Shown: positions 46,606-57,510, counted from the first letter of the stretch. The stretch: DNA of 64,000 nucleotides from Bacteroidota bacterium (GCA_030680835.1 JAUXUD010000004.1:32400-96399); one strand, 5' to 3'. Program-made: numbers and translations. The notes: a model not told the origin generated them from the sequence alone.

Positions 46606-47210
46606 TCTTTTTGCTTGATCAAAAAGAAACAAAAAATCAAGACTTATTTCTGCACCTTGCACTTGTAAAAAAGAAATGTTTTGCCACGCAGCCCAAGCCG
46701 CAAGGCCAACCGTTGCGACTGATAGGCCTTGCTCGAGGGCCGCTTGCACAAACCAGCCGCACACATTTCTTTTTAACAATTGCTGGCGGCACCGAAATAG
46801 GTCGGTCCTTAATTTCCTTTTGTTTAGGTGGTAAAAATTAGGAGGCATTAATAACATTTTTCTTGCATAATAACGCTATCAAGTAATTCAATCTATTAAA
46901 TTCGGTTTGAATAATTTTTTAGGTTCCACCAATAACCCTACAATTCATATAGTGCATTGACTAAAGGGAATTGTTCAAATTTAGAAGTCTTCAGGACCGA
47001 CCTATTACAATAACGCCTGCAAATGTTAAAAGATTGGCCAGTAAATAATCATTCAATTAAAGCAAATGTAGCAGACCTTGAGCAAGGCCTCTTAGTCGCA
47101 TCGATTGGCCTTGCGGCTTGGGATGCGAGCCAAGGCCAAGCTTTTTTACATTTGCCAGTTAATGTAATAAGTCTTGATTTTTTGGGTACCTTTTTGATCA
47201 AGCAAAAAGG
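46606..47210. mobile_element. Non-coding foldback / MITE-like element: ~200-bp imperfect inverted arms (46606..46808 and 46994..47210) around a 185-bp spacer
   Basis: Hand alignment of the left arm with the reverse complement of the right arm gives matching blocks: ctttttgcttgatcaaaaag, aaaaaatcaagacttatt, tgtaaaaaag, cccaagccgcaaggccaa, aggccttgctc, aataggtcggtcc. No transposase ORF. The mirror-image ORFs on both strands are artefacts. Confidence 0.6.
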
Positions 47211-47426
47211 TACAAAATAATCAAATGTCACAAATCATTACTTTATACGAAATGTCACTTCGAAAGCCATAAAACAAATTTACTCAGCATTAGTTCAAAC
47301 TATTGAATAAATGGACATACCCTAAATATGATTTAGAACGTTACTAAATAAGTGGCACTCAACATTTTGGTTAGGAAATCAAATAAAATTATATATACCT
47401 TAGTTCTTTATTAAAAGTATTGAAAC

Positions 47427-48014
47427 GTGAAAAAACTAAAACCTACCTATCTTCTCCTTATACTTTTTGCAACTTTTTCCCTGCACAACTGCAAAAAGGA
47501 TAACAACAATACCAAGTGCGGAGGCGATAAATATTATTATTATTTAAGTGAGCCAGCTAAATCCAAGGTGCCATATTCAGGAACGGATACACTTGTTTTT
47601 GTCAGCAACAATCATGATACCGCAGTTTGTATGGGACAAGGGAAAAAACAATTTTATGTCACATCATCCTTTTATGCAAATCCTGATTGTCCTCCAAATA
47701 CCGATTACTATGAGGCTTTTAATTACAAGTTTATAGACAAAAACGATAAGTTAAATTTAGAAATTAATTTATATAAAAATGATGGATATGTTTCTGAAGT
47801 GATGGATATGAACATCAATTCAACCAGATTGTATCCGATTAATTTAATTTATATGTATGAGTGGTATTATAATGATTCTGTATCAACTAATATGAGACAA
47901 TACAAAACGTTCAAACTAAATTTTGGATTAGGAAATATCGTACATTATAACTTGATGAAAGGAATAATACAAATTCAATCTAAAATAAATGTCTGGACTC
48001 TTTCTGAAAAATAG
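47427..48014 (+). CDS. Hypothetical lipoprotein
   Basis: Lipobox-like N-terminus (LLILFATFSLHNC). No domain recognised. 195 aa. Confidence 0.4.
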   Translation: MKKLKPTYLLLILFATFSLHNCKKDNNNTKCGGDKYYYYLSEPAKSKVPYSGTDTLVFVSNNHDTAVCMGQGKKQFYVTSSFYANPDCPPNTDYYEAFNYKFIDKNDKLNLEINLYKNDGYVSEVMDMNINSTRLYPINLIYMYEWYYNDSVSTNMRQYKTFKLNFGLGNIVHYNLMKGIIQIQSKINVWTLSEK

Positions 48015-48284
48015 AAAGGTAAATAAATAAAGTTGCTCAGCAGGAAATAGTTTAGTGTAGGACTCTATAGCACTCAGGTTTTTGCATGACAATAATCATA
48101 ATAAAATAAGTTTACATTTTGGTGACAATTGAGCAATGAAGCATGATTGAGGGGTTAAAATGCTGATTTAAAATAGCTGAGCGGCTTTTAAAAATGCTGC
48201 ATAAGAGAATGAGATGCGTTTGAATTATCATATTTAGGTAAGAATGTATATTATCATTTTTTCAATTCGTATGCAGCTACATCT

Positions 48285-48304
48285 TTGCGCATGTAAACGC
48301 AAAC
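48285..48304 (+). promoter_or_regulatory. Inverted repeat TTTGCG-N8-CGCAAA ending 2 nt before the hemA start codon
   Basis: ctttgcgcatgtaaacgcaaacc ATG. It overlaps the translation-initiation region. Confidence 0.35.
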
Positions 48305-48305
48305 C

Positions 48306-49571
48306 ATGATCTCAAATTGTTTCGTAATAGGCTTTAATCACCACCATGCAGATGTTTCTGAACGGAGTTATTATGCAATTTCAGAAGAACAAAAGCTAAG
48401 TATCTTTCAGGAAGCAAAGGAAATTAATTTCCCGTCTCTGGTAATTATCAATACCTGCAACCGGACAGAAATATTTGGTTACGGGGATATGGAAACAGCC
48501 ATAAAATTGTATGCCAAACATACGCTGAATGATTTTATCCTGAAGGATAAAATGATGAAATTGACAGGCAGAGAAGCCATTGACCATATGTTTAAAGTGG
48601 GCTCGGGTCTGGATTCCCAGATTATTGGCGACCTTGAAATACTTGGGCAGTTTAAAAATGCTTTTCATACGGCCAAAAAACACCATTTGCTCAACGGATA
48701 TTTTGAAAGGCTTGCCAACCATTGCGTTCAGGCCTCCAAAGAAATACGCAGCAATACGGAATTATCGGGTGGAACCATTTCATTATCTTATGCAATCGTA
48801 AAATTTTTAAAAGACCGGGATTTTATCAGGGATAAAAAAGTGCTGATCATCGGAGCCGGTGAATTTGGTAAGGGCATTGCACAAAATATTAAAAGTCATT
48901 TTCCGCTTGACAAACTTTATTTGAGTAACAGAACAGAAAGTAAAGCCAGGATCCTGGCCGAAAAATTATCGTGTAACTGGTTTGATTTTAAAGAGATTCC
49001 AACAAGAATCAACGATTTTGATATTATCATAACTGCAGTAAGTAATGCAAAAAATTACCTGGTTGAACACAACATGATTGTTAATGGAAACAGGAAATTA
49101 TTCTTTGATATGTCGGTACCCCGGGCCATTGACCCATCCTTGAATAGCGGAGAAAACGAATTGATTACCGTGGACGATGCCTCAAGTTTGATCAATCACA
49201 ATATAGAAAACAGAAAGTCTCAGCTCCCCCTGGCACTTGATATTTTAAATAAACACCTGGCTGAATTTATACAATGGAGTGAAATCTATGAAAAATCGGA
49301 TTCCATTAAAACATGGAAAAGTTTAATCGTTCAGCTCAGTATGGAATGTCCGCATATTAACAATTTGGAATCTCATGAAAAGACGCGGATTATTGGTAAG
49401 CGTATGTCGCATTTTGCAAACTATGTGAAGTCGAAAAACAATTTGCCTAAAGAACCAGAAAAAATAATTGACTCTTATCTTTTTGAAAATCCCGGTACTT
49501 TTAAGTGTAAAACAAGCTTTCATACATGTGAAGTTATTAATAATTGCAGGTCATGCTCAGGAACATATTAA
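48306..49571 (+). CDS. hemA: Glutamyl-tRNA reductase
   Basis: TCNRTE active-site motif and GAGEFGK Rossmann motif. 421 aa. Confidence 0.85.
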   Translation: MISNCFVIGFNHHHADVSERSYYAISEEQKLSIFQEAKEINFPSLVIINTCNRTEIFGYGDMETAIKLYAKHTLNDFILKDKMMKLTGREAIDHMFKVGSGLDSQIIGDLEILGQFKNAFHTAKKHHLLNGYFERLANHCVQASKEIRSNTELSGGTISLSYAIVKFLKDRDFIRDKKVLIIGAGEFGKGIAQNIKSHFPLDKLYLSNRTESKARILAEKLSCNWFDFKEIPTRINDFDIIITAVSNAKNYLVEHNMIVNGNRKLFFDMSVPRAIDPSLNSGENELITVDDASSLINHNIENRKSQLPLALDILNKHLAEFIQWSEIYEKSDSIKTWKSLIVQLSMECPHINNLESHEKTRIIGKRMSHFANYVKSKNNLPKEPEKIIDSYLFENPGTFKCKTSFHTCEVINNCRSCSGTY

Positions 49572-50479
49572 TAGGCACCCGCGAAAGTGAACTTGCAGTA
49601 TGGCAGGCCGTTTTTATAAAGGGATTGATTGAAAAAACAGGCAACAACTGTGAGCTTGTTTACATAAAAAGTGATGGAGAGCAAGACCTGGTTTCTCCGC
49701 TTTATGAAATGGGGGTTCAGGGCATATTTACCAAAACATTGGATGCTGCATTGTTGAATCATAAAATTGACATTGCGGTTCACTCTTTAAAGGATGTCCC
49801 TACGCAATTGCCGGAAGGATTGGTGTTGGCAGCTACCCCAGAACGCGGAAACCACAAGGATGTTTTGGTATATAAAAACGAAGGAGATTTGCCTGAAGCT
49901 CGTGAAAATTATATAATCGCCACAAGCAGTTTAAGAAGAAAAGCACAATGGTTAAACAGGTTTCCATCGCACGAAACCGAAACCTTGAGGGGAAATATAA
50001 ATACCCGCTTGCAAAAACTCATTGAAAACCAAAATTGGAATGGTGCATTATTTGCGCATGCCGGTATTGAACGGATTGATTTAAAAGTTCCTTATAAAAT
50101 AGAATTGGACTGGATGCTCCCTGCACCAGCTCAGGGTGCATTGGGAATTGTTTGCAGAAAGGATGACCCAGAAATCCTGGAAATATGCAAGACCTTAAAT
50201 CATGATGACACGCAGCTTGCAACACGGACTGAAAGGAATTTTCTCAGGGAATTAATGGGAGGATGCACCATGCCGATTGCTGCCTATGCACATGTATTGA
50301 ATGGCAATCTTGTTTTTAAAGGAAATGTATTAAGCATTGATGGAAAGCAAAAAGCGGAGGTTCAATTAGAAGTTAATATAGAAGATGCAAAATTTGCCGG
50401 AGAAAAAGCGGCTCAGCAATTAATTAATAATGGGGGAGCTATTATATTAAAAACATTTCAAAAAAACCGGAATTTCTAA
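49544..50479 (+). CDS. hemC: Hydroxymethylbilane synthase (porphobilinogen deaminase)
   Basis: IGTRESELAVWQA N-terminal motif. The true start is probably a few codons downstream. Confidence 0.85.
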   Translation: MQVMLRNILIGTRESELAVWQAVFIKGLIEKTGNNCELVYIKSDGEQDLVSPLYEMGVQGIFTKTLDAALLNHKIDIAVHSLKDVPTQLPEGLVLAATPERGNHKDVLVYKNEGDLPEARENYIIATSSLRRKAQWLNRFPSHETETLRGNINTRLQKLIENQNWNGALFAHAGIERIDLKVPYKIELDWMLPAPAQGALGIVCRKDDPEILEICKTLNHDDTQLATRTERNFLRELMGGCTMPIAAYAHVLNGNLVFKGNVLSIDGKQKAEVQLEVNIEDAKFAGEKAAQQLINNGGAIILKTFQKNRNF

Positions 50480-50482
50480 AAA

Positions 50483-51181
50483 GTGGGAAATAAACTCATT
50501 CATATTGCATGTACCCGATTTTTAGAAAAATCCCATAAAAGCGAAGCCGAAAATAAAGGCATCCGGATCCATGATGATTCTTTTGTAAACATAACATTTC
50601 CTGATCAACCCTTGTTGGTTCAGACCTTGCGGGATAATACCTTTCCATTGATTTTTACCAGTTCTTATGCGGTAGCGGCTGTTGCCAGACTGGTAAAAAA
50701 ATATGCAATAAAATTAATAAACAACAATGCCTTTTGTATAAGTGGGAAAACAAAAACTGCGGCACTTGAAAATGGATTTATGATTATGGCTGATGCACCC
50801 AATGCTTTGAAACTGGCAAATGAAATTATTTTAAGCAATGTAAAAGAAGTGCTTCATTGCACAGCAAATATCAGAAGGGATGAATTGAGAGAACAGCTTC
50901 AACATGCCGGTATCACATTAAACGAATTGGAAGTATACCATAAGCAAATCATATCAAAAGTTGTGGAGGACTTTAATGGGGTGATGTTTTTTAGTCCATC
51001 GCAGGCAGATGCTTTTTTACAATTAAATAAACTCATGCCGGAGGTTCCTGCTTTTTGTGTGGGATCAACCACAGCCAATCATCTGGCCGAATTAAATCAT
51101 TCAAATATCATCATATCAAAAACTGCGAGTGAGCAGGATTTATTAACAGAAGTTTTTAACTATTATAATCAGCATACATGA
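50483..51181 (+). CDS. hemD: Uroporphyrinogen-III synthase
   Basis: 232 aa, HEM4-like size. Sits between hemC and hemE. Confidence 0.6.
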   Translation: MGNKLIHIACTRFLEKSHKSEAENKGIRIHDDSFVNITFPDQPLLVQTLRDNTFPLIFTSSYAVAAVARLVKKYAIKLINNNAFCISGKTKTAALENGFMIMADAPNALKLANEIILSNVKEVLHCTANIRRDELREQLQHAGITLNELEVYHKQIISKVVEDFNGVMFFSPSQADAFLQLNKLMPEVPAFCVGSTTANHLAELNHSNIIISKTASEQDLLTEVFNYYNQHT

Positions 51182-52206
51182 CAACAGCGCACTTATTTAT
51201 AAAAGCACTTAAGGGAGAAGAGGTAGAACGTCCACCCGTTTGGATGATGCGCCAGGCAGGCAGGTATTTACCGCAATATATTGAATTGCGGAAAAAATAT
51301 GATTTTTTTACCCGCGTTCAAACCCCGGAACTTGCTGCAGAAATTACCATACAGCCTGTTGACATTGTGGGAACAGATGCAGCGATTCTGTTTTCCGATA
51401 TCCTTGTGATCCCGCAGGCAATGGGACTTGAGGTTCAAATGATAGAAAGCAAAGGTCCTTATTTACCGAAAACAATTGCATCAAAATCGGATATGGATCA
51501 GTTAATTGTAACTGAAGCTTCTGATCAGTTACAATATGTTTACGATGCCATTCGCTTAACAAAAAAATTATTGAATAACCGGGTTCCATTAATTGGTTTT
51601 GCAGGAGCACCCTTTACCATTTTATGTTATATGGTTGAAGGAAAAGGAAGCAAAACTTTTGATAAAGCAAAACAATTTTGTTTTTCACAACCCGAACTGG
51701 CGCATCAGTTATTGAATAAAATTACCGATGTAACCATTGCGTATTTAAAGAAACAGGTTTTGGCCGGAGCCGATGCCATTCAGGTGTTTGACAGCTGGAG
51801 CGGATTGCTTGCTCCCGGTGATTTTAAATTATTTGCACAACCCTATCTGGAAAGAATTGCCAATGAATTAAGCTCTTTAATACCCGTAATTTTATTCCCC
51901 AAAGGAAGCTGGTATGCTTTACCGGATTTATCAAAATCATCTGCTTCGGCTTTAGGTATTGATTGGTGTATTGAACCCAAACTGGCCAGAGAACTCACCC
52001 ATAATTCCATTACGCTTCAGGGTAATTTTGATCCTGCAAAATTGTTATTGCCGATACCGCAATTACAGGAAGCCGTAAAACAAATGATCGATGAATTTGG
52101 AACTCAAAAATATATTGCAAACCTGGGGCATGGCATATTACCCAATGTTCCGGTTGAACATGCCAAAGCTTTTGTTGATGCAGTTAAGAACTATAAAAAA
52201 CATTAA
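51178..52206 (+). CDS. hemE: Uroporphyrinogen decarboxylase
   Basis: [14 protein letters not shown] signature. Confidence 0.85.
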   Translation: MTTAHLFIKALKGEEVERPPVWMMRQAGRYLPQYIELRKKYDFFTRVQTPELAAEITIQPVDIVGTDAAILFSDILVIPQAMGLEVQMIESKGPYLPKTIASKSDMDQLIVTEASDQLQYVYDAIRLTKKLLNNRVPLIGFAGAPFTILCYMVEGKGSKTFDKAKQFCFSQPELAHQLLNKITDVTIAYLKKQVLAGADAIQVFDSWSGLLAPGDFKLFAQPYLERIANELSSLIPVILFPKGSWYALPDLSKSSASALGIDWCIEPKLARELTHNSITLQGNFDPAKLLLPIPQLQEAVKQMIDEFGTQKYIANLGHGILPNVPVEHAKAFVDAVKNYKKH

Positions 52207-52211
52207 AGACA

Positions 52212-53180
52212 ATGATTTACCGCCCAAGAATTTTACGCCAATCGCCTGCCATCAGAAATATGGTAACTGAAACCAGGCTCACGCCAGCAAATTTTATTGC
52301 ACCTTTATTTATTGTTGAAGGGGAATCTGTGAATGAAGAAATCAGTTCCTTACCGGGTTATTACAGAAAAAGTCTGGACATGACCTTATTGGAAGTTGAA
52401 GCTTTATGGTCGTTGGGAATACAATGTGTGTTGTTGTTTATCAAATGCAAAAATGCCTTGAAAGACAATGCCGGTACGGAAGCTTTAAATGCGCAGGGAC
52501 TCATGCAACGCAGCATCCGTGCCATCCGGAATGTTTGTCCGGAAATGTGCATCATGACGGATATAGCCCTGGATCCTTTTTCAAGTTTTGGTCATGATGG
52601 AATTGTATCGGGCAATGAAATCGTAAATGATGCCACCGTTTCTGTACTTGCAAAAATGGCTGTCAGTCATGCCGAAGCAGGGGCCCATTTTGTGGCACCG
52701 AGCGATATGATGGATGGAAGAATTGGTGCCATCAGGCAGGCGCTTGAAACGGCAGGATTTCATCATACCGGAATTATGAGTTATAGTGCAAAATATGCTT
52801 CGTGTTTTTATGGTCCGTTCAGAGATGCGTTGGATTCGGCACCCGGATTTGGAGATAAGAAAAGTTATCAGATGAATCCCGCCAACCGTTTGGAAGCGAT
52901 TAAAGAGGTGAGATTGGATATTGCAGAAGGAGCAGATATTGTTATGGTAAAACCTGCCTTATCGTACCTCGATATTATACGTGAAGTTAAAAATGAAGTA
53001 GTGGTACCGGTAAGTGCATATCATGTAAGTGGTGAATATGCCATGATTAAAGCAGCTGCACAAAAGGGATGGTTAAACGAACAGCAAGCTATGATGGAAA
53101 CCACATTATCCATTAAAAGGGCCGGTGCAGATTTAATCGCAACGTATTTCGCAAAAGACATCGCAAAATTAATTTCCTAA
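52212..53180 (+). CDS. hemB: Porphobilinogen synthase (delta-aminolevulinate dehydratase)
   Basis: SAYHVSGEYAM and VKPA active-site Lys regions. Confidence 0.85.
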   Translation: MIYRPRILRQSPAIRNMVTETRLTPANFIAPLFIVEGESVNEEISSLPGYYRKSLDMTLLEVEALWSLGIQCVLLFIKCKNALKDNAGTEALNAQGLMQRSIRAIRNVCPEMCIMTDIALDPFSSFGHDGIVSGNEIVNDATVSVLAKMAVSHAEAGAHFVAPSDMMDGRIGAIRQALETAGFHHTGIMSYSAKYASCFYGPFRDALDSAPGFGDKKSYQMNPANRLEAIKEVRLDIAEGADIVMVKPALSYLDIIREVKNEVVVPVSAYHVSGEYAMIKAAAQKGWLNEQQAMMETTLSIKRAGADLIATYFAKDIAKLIS

Positions 53181-53197
53181 AATAAAAGTAAAAAGGT

Positions 53198-54487
53198 ATG
53201 CAGGCAATTACTCAATATCAGAACAGCACAAAACTTTTTGAACAGGCGAAACTTTCCATTCCGGGGGGCGTAAATTCACCGGTACGGGCCTTTAAAAGTG
53301 TTGGAGGAAATCCTATTTTTATGCAATCGGCAAGTGGGGCACATTTGTTTGATGCCGATGGAAATAAATACATCGATTATATAAATTCATGGGGGCCGAT
53401 GATATTGGGTCATTGTCATCCCGATGTGGTGAATGCGCTTGTAAAAAGAGCTTCAGAGGCCATATCGTTTGGAGCACCCACCGAATCAGAAACCTTAATG
53501 GCGGAGTTAATCAAATCGATGGTTCCCAATATCGACAGTGTTCGTTTGGTAAGCAGCGGAACCGAAGCCTGCATGAGTGCACTGCGTTTGGCCAGGGGAT
53601 ATACCGGCAGAAATAAATTTATAAAATTTGATGGTTGTTATCATGGACATGCAGATGCTTTTTTAGTAAAAGCGGGTAGTGGAGTAGCAACTTTAGGCAT
53701 ACAGCATGTACCGGGTGTAACCAAAGGTGCATCTCAAGATACCCTGATCGCAGCGTATAATAATCTGGAAGAAGTAGCCGATTGGTTTCAGAAATATCCT
53801 GCAGAAATAGCGGCTATTATTGTTGAACCCCTTGCAGGCAATATGGGTTGTGTTTTGCCTGAACCGGGATTTTTAGAAGGATTAAGAAAGCTATGTGATG
53901 CCCATGGTGCCTTATTGATATTTGATGAAGTAATGACCGGCTTCCGTTTGGCAGCAGGTGGTGCGCAACAGGTATATGGTGTAAATGCAGATATTGTTAC
54001 CTATGGGAAAGTAATCGGCGGAGGCATGCCGGTGGGTGCATTTGCAGGCAAATATGAAATCATGAATCATATTGCACCTGCAGGAAATGTTTACCAGGCG
54101 GGTACCCTTAGTGGAAATCCCATGGCAGTGGCTTGTGGTTATACTACTTTATCTATTTTAAAAAACAATTCGCAAATCTATTCAAACCTGCAACAAAAGG
54201 GAATGCAATTAAAATCGGGTATACAGGAATTGTTGTTAAAAAAAGGAATCGAACATAGCATCAATCAAATGGGAAGTATGATGAGTGTACATTTTGGTGC
54301 ACATAAAGTGACTGATTTTGAAACCGCCGCAGCATGTGATACAACTACGTTTAACCGCTTTTTTCATCATATGCTGAACCATGGAATTTACCTGCCCCCT
54401 TCGGCATTTGAAAGCTGGTTTTTAAGTGATGCCTTATCGGAAAATGATATTGAAAAAACCCTGGATGCAATACGGAAATTTAGTTAA
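53198..54487 (+). CDS. hemL: Glutamate-1-semialdehyde 2,1-aminomutase
   Basis: Class III aminotransferase; FDEVMTGFR, YGKVIGGGMPVGA. Confidence 0.85.
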   Translation: MQAITQYQNSTKLFEQAKLSIPGGVNSPVRAFKSVGGNPIFMQSASGAHLFDADGNKYIDYINSWGPMILGHCHPDVVNALVKRASEAISFGAPTESETLMAELIKSMVPNIDSVRLVSSGTEACMSALRLARGYTGRNKFIKFDGCYHGHADAFLVKAGSGVATLGIQHVPGVTKGASQDTLIAAYNNLEEVADWFQKYPAEIAAIIVEPLAGNMGCVLPEPGFLEGLRKLCDAHGALLIFDEVMTGFRLAAGGAQQVYGVNADIVTYGKVIGGGMPVGAFAGKYEIMNHIAPAGNVYQAGTLSGNPMAVACGYTTLSILKNNSQIYSNLQQKGMQLKSGIQELLLKKGIEHSINQMGSMMSVHFGAHKVTDFETAAACDTTTFNRFFHHMLNHGIYLPPSAFESWFLSDALSENDIEKTLDAIRKFS

Positions 54488-54498
54488 ACAATATTTTT

Positions 54499-55863
54499 AT
54501 GGATGAACAATTGCCCGGCCTTTTAAATAAATATGATGTCCCCATCCCCCGGTATACCAGCTACCCAACGGTTCCGTATTGGGAATTCGAACATTTTAAT
54601 ACAGATGTTTGGAAGGAGGCTTTGCTTGATACGTATAAAAATGAAAAGGGTGAAATCTGTATTTATATTCACCTTCCTTTTTGTGAAAACCTCTGTACTT
54701 TTTGCGCCTGTACAAAACGCATTACAGTTAACCACAATGTAGAAACACCATATATCGAAAGTGTATTAAAAGAATGGAACCTGTATAAAAACCTTTTTCC
54801 AAACAAACCCATTATCAGAGAAATTCATTTGGGTGGAGGTACCCCTACTTTTTTTAGTCCTGAACACCTGGTTGAATTAATTAATGGAATTGTAAAAGAT
54901 TGTACAATCCCTGATGACCATGAGTTCAGTGTTGAAGTGCATCCCAATTTCACCAAAAAGGAACATTTAGTTGCATTGGCATCGGTTGGTTTTAACCGGA
55001 TCAGCATGGGCGTTCAGGATTTTGATCCTGTGGTTCAATACGTAATAAACAGAAACCAGACCTTTGAGAAAACAAAAGAAGTGGCAGACTGGGCCAGGGC
55101 AGCAGGATTTGAAAGCATTAATATTGATTTGGTTTATGGGCTTCCCAAACAAACAGTAGCCAGTGTTGAAAATACAATCAAGCTCATTAACGAATTGAAA
55201 CCGGACCGGATTGCCTTTTATTCGTATGCCCATGTGCCTTGGAAGAGCAAGGTTCAACGAAGGTATACCGATGATGATTTACCAAAGGCATCGCAAAAAT
55301 GGGATATGTATCATAAAGGAAGGGAGTTGCTCACTGCAAATGGATTTGAAGCCATTGGCATGGATCACTTTGCTTTGCCGGATGATAAACTATTAAAAGC
55401 AGCGGCAGCAGGTAAAATGCACCGTAATTTTATGGGGTATACCACCACACAAAATAAATTGATTATCGGACTTGGGGCTTCGAGTATCAGCGATGCATGG
55501 GGAGCTTTTGCACAAAATGAAAAGGAAATTGAAGCCTACCAGGAACGTGTAAATAAGGGCGAATTTCCCTTAGTTAATGGTCATAAACTGAATGAAGAGG
55601 ATTTGATACTACGGAAAAATATTCTTGAATTGATGTGTACCGGCACCACGCGCCTGGATGAAAACAAATTGGATAAAGATTTTGTTGAGATGGCGTTCAA
55701 TAAACTTAAATTGCTGGAAGCGGATGGACTGGTAAAAATAGCGAGAGATAGAATTTCTGTTACGGATAAGGGTTCCATTTTTATCCGCAATATCAGCGCA
55801 GCGCTGGATGCGAGAATGGCACTTCAACACATGGGTAAAAATGTTTTCAGCAAGGCAATCTGA
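54499..55863 (+). CDS. hemN: Oxygen-independent coproporphyrinogen III oxidase (radical SAM)
   Basis: CENLCTFCAC (CxxxCxxC). 454 aa with a HemN C-terminal domain. Confidence 0.8.
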   Translation: MDEQLPGLLNKYDVPIPRYTSYPTVPYWEFEHFNTDVWKEALLDTYKNEKGEICIYIHLPFCENLCTFCACTKRITVNHNVETPYIESVLKEWNLYKNLFPNKPIIREIHLGGGTPTFFSPEHLVELINGIVKDCTIPDDHEFSVEVHPNFTKKEHLVALASVGFNRISMGVQDFDPVVQYVINRNQTFEKTKEVADWARAAGFESINIDLVYGLPKQTVASVENTIKLINELKPDRIAFYSYAHVPWKSKVQRRYTDDDLPKASQKWDMYHKGRELLTANGFEAIGMDHFALPDDKLLKAAAAGKMHRNFMGYTTTQNKLIIGLGASSISDAWGAFAQNEKEIEAYQERVNKGEFPLVNGHKLNEEDLILRKNILELMCTGTTRLDENKLDKDFVEMAFNKLKLLEADGLVKIARDRISVTDKGSIFIRNISAALDARMALQHMGKNVFSKAI

Positions 55864-55876
55864 CAAATTATATTAA

Positions 55877-56896
55877 ATGGCAACAAAGGCAATATTACTG
55901 GTTAATTTAGGTTCTCCCGATTCCTATGAAGTTCAGGATGTAAAAAAGTATCTGAATGAGTTTTTAATGGATGAAAAAGTAATTGATATTCCATATCTCC
56001 CGAGATTACTTTTGGTTAAAGGCATTATCGTTCCGTTCAGGTCGCCTAAAAGTGCTGCCAAATACAAATCCATCTGGACAAGCAACGGCTCGCCCCTGAT
56101 TCACCATACCCGGCAGCTCACGGCTTTGGTTGCAAAGCAATTGGATATACCTGCTTATATGTGCATGCGTTATGCCAATCCGGATCCCGAGTCGGTGTTA
56201 AAAGAAATCCATATCGAACATCCCGATTTAAAAGAATTGGTTGTTTTACCCTTGTATGCACATTATGCCATGAGCAGTTATGAAACCGCTTTGGTTCATG
56301 TAAAAAATGCTTATAGTAAAGGTAACTATGCCTTTAAATTTCATGCTGTTCCTCCTTTTTATGAGCACCCTGCCTATATTAATTCGTTAAGCGAAAGTAT
56401 CCGTCCGTTTCTGAAAAATGAATACGACCATTTGCTGTTTAGCTACCATGGAATTCCAGAACGGCATATTAAAAAAACGGATATTACACATAGTCATTGT
56501 TTAATGCAGGCCGACTGTTGCAACCAAAATTCGAAAGCGCATTTTTATTGTTACAAACATCAGGTAAAGGAAACAAGCCGGCTGGTGGCAAAACAATTAC
56601 ATTTACCAGCCGATAAGCACAGTTTTTCTTTTCAATCACGCCTGGGACAGGACAAGTGGCTCAAACCCTATACAGCAGGCTTACTAAAGGAGATGCCGGC
56701 TAAAGGAATTAAAAAACTGCTGATTGTTTGTCCTTCTTTTGTGAGCGATTGTTTAGAGACACTGGAAGAAATAAACATAGAAGGAAGAGAATTATTTATG
56801 GAGGCGGGTGGAGAATCTTTTGAACTGATACCTTGTTTGAACACAAATCCCGAATGGATAAAAACAATATCTGTATTATACAATGAAGTAAGTTAA
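55877..56896 (+). CDS. hemH: Ferrochelatase
   Basis: 339 aa with ferrochelatase family blocks (LLVNLGSPDS, LYAHYA, FSYHGIPERH). Confidence 0.8.
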   Translation: MATKAILLVNLGSPDSYEVQDVKKYLNEFLMDEKVIDIPYLPRLLLVKGIIVPFRSPKSAAKYKSIWTSNGSPLIHHTRQLTALVAKQLDIPAYMCMRYANPDPESVLKEIHIEHPDLKELVVLPLYAHYAMSSYETALVHVKNAYSKGNYAFKFHAVPPFYEHPAYINSLSESIRPFLKNEYDHLLFSYHGIPERHIKKTDITHSHCLMQADCCNQNSKAHFYCYKHQVKETSRLVAKQLHLPADKHSFSFQSRLGQDKWLKPYTAGLLKEMPAKGIKKLLIVCPSFVSDCLETLEEINIEGRELFMEAGGESFELIPCLNTNPEWIKTISVLYNEVS

Positions 56897-56901
56897 AGCA
56901 A

Positions 56902-57432
56902 ATGGATTTTTTATATATCAAAGCGATACATATTATTTTTGTAGTAACCTGGTTTAGCGGCATGTTTTACCAGGTGCGTTTATTTATATACAACCGCGAA
57001 GCAAACGATAAAACGGAACCCGAAAAAAGTATCCTTCAAAATCAGTTTAACATCATGATTAAACGTCTTTTGTTTGGTATTACCTGGCCATCGGCGGTAC
57101 TAACCTTAATAATGGGTTCGTGGTTGCTGTATATTTATCCTGCCATTCCACTGTGGTTGTACATAAAATTTGGACTGGTAGGATTGCTCTTTATTTATCA
57201 ATACACACTTCATGTAATTTACAAACAGCAGGCAAATAATATTTTTAAATACACCAGTACCCAATTGCGTTTATGGAATGAGGTGCCAACAGTTTTTTTA
57301 TGCACCATAGTTGTGCTTGCTGTGGTAAAGCAAAGCATGAGTTGGGTATATGGGTTGATTGGGATTGCGGTTTTAATTATACTCTTGTTTACTGCCATTA
57401 AAATTTATAAGAATTTGAGAGGGGGTAAGTGA
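56902..57432 (+). CDS. hemJ: Protoporphyrinogen IX oxidase, HemJ (CopD-like membrane protein) family
   Basis: 176 aa membrane protein. The N-terminus KAIHIIFVVTWFSGMFYQVRLFIY matches the HemJ family start. Confidence 0.6.
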   Translation: MDFLYIKAIHIIFVVTWFSGMFYQVRLFIYNREANDKTEPEKSILQNQFNIMIKRLLFGITWPSAVLTLIMGSWLLYIYPAIPLWLYIKFGLVGLLFIYQYTLHVIYKQQANNIFKYTSTQLRLWNEVPTVFLCTIVVLAVVKQSMSWVYGLIGIAVLIILLFTAIKIYKNLRGGK

Positions 57433-57510
57433 GGGTAGGAGTGGATGAGGGTAGGAGGGTAAGAGGGTAGGAGTTTAGGATGGTATGAGGGGGAGAAAGG
57501 AAGAGGGGAA
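57431..57510 (+). repeat. Purine-rich tandem repeat: 3 copies of a 16-bp unit (GAGGGTAGGAG + 5 nt) followed by a degenerate G/A tract; multiple GGG runs
   Basis: gagggtaggagtggat gagggtaggagggtaa gagggtaggagtttag gatggtatgagggggagaaaggaagaggggaag, directly after the hemJ stop and between convergent genes. Confidence 0.75.

Noticed and set aside
46552-47231. Four track ORFs (46552..46857-, 46596..46841+, 47023..47220+, 47049..47231-) in the large intergenic region
   Set aside because: They occur as mirror-image pairs produced by the inverted-repeat symmetry of the foldback element. No start context, no domains, and the arm sequences are strongly non-coding in character.
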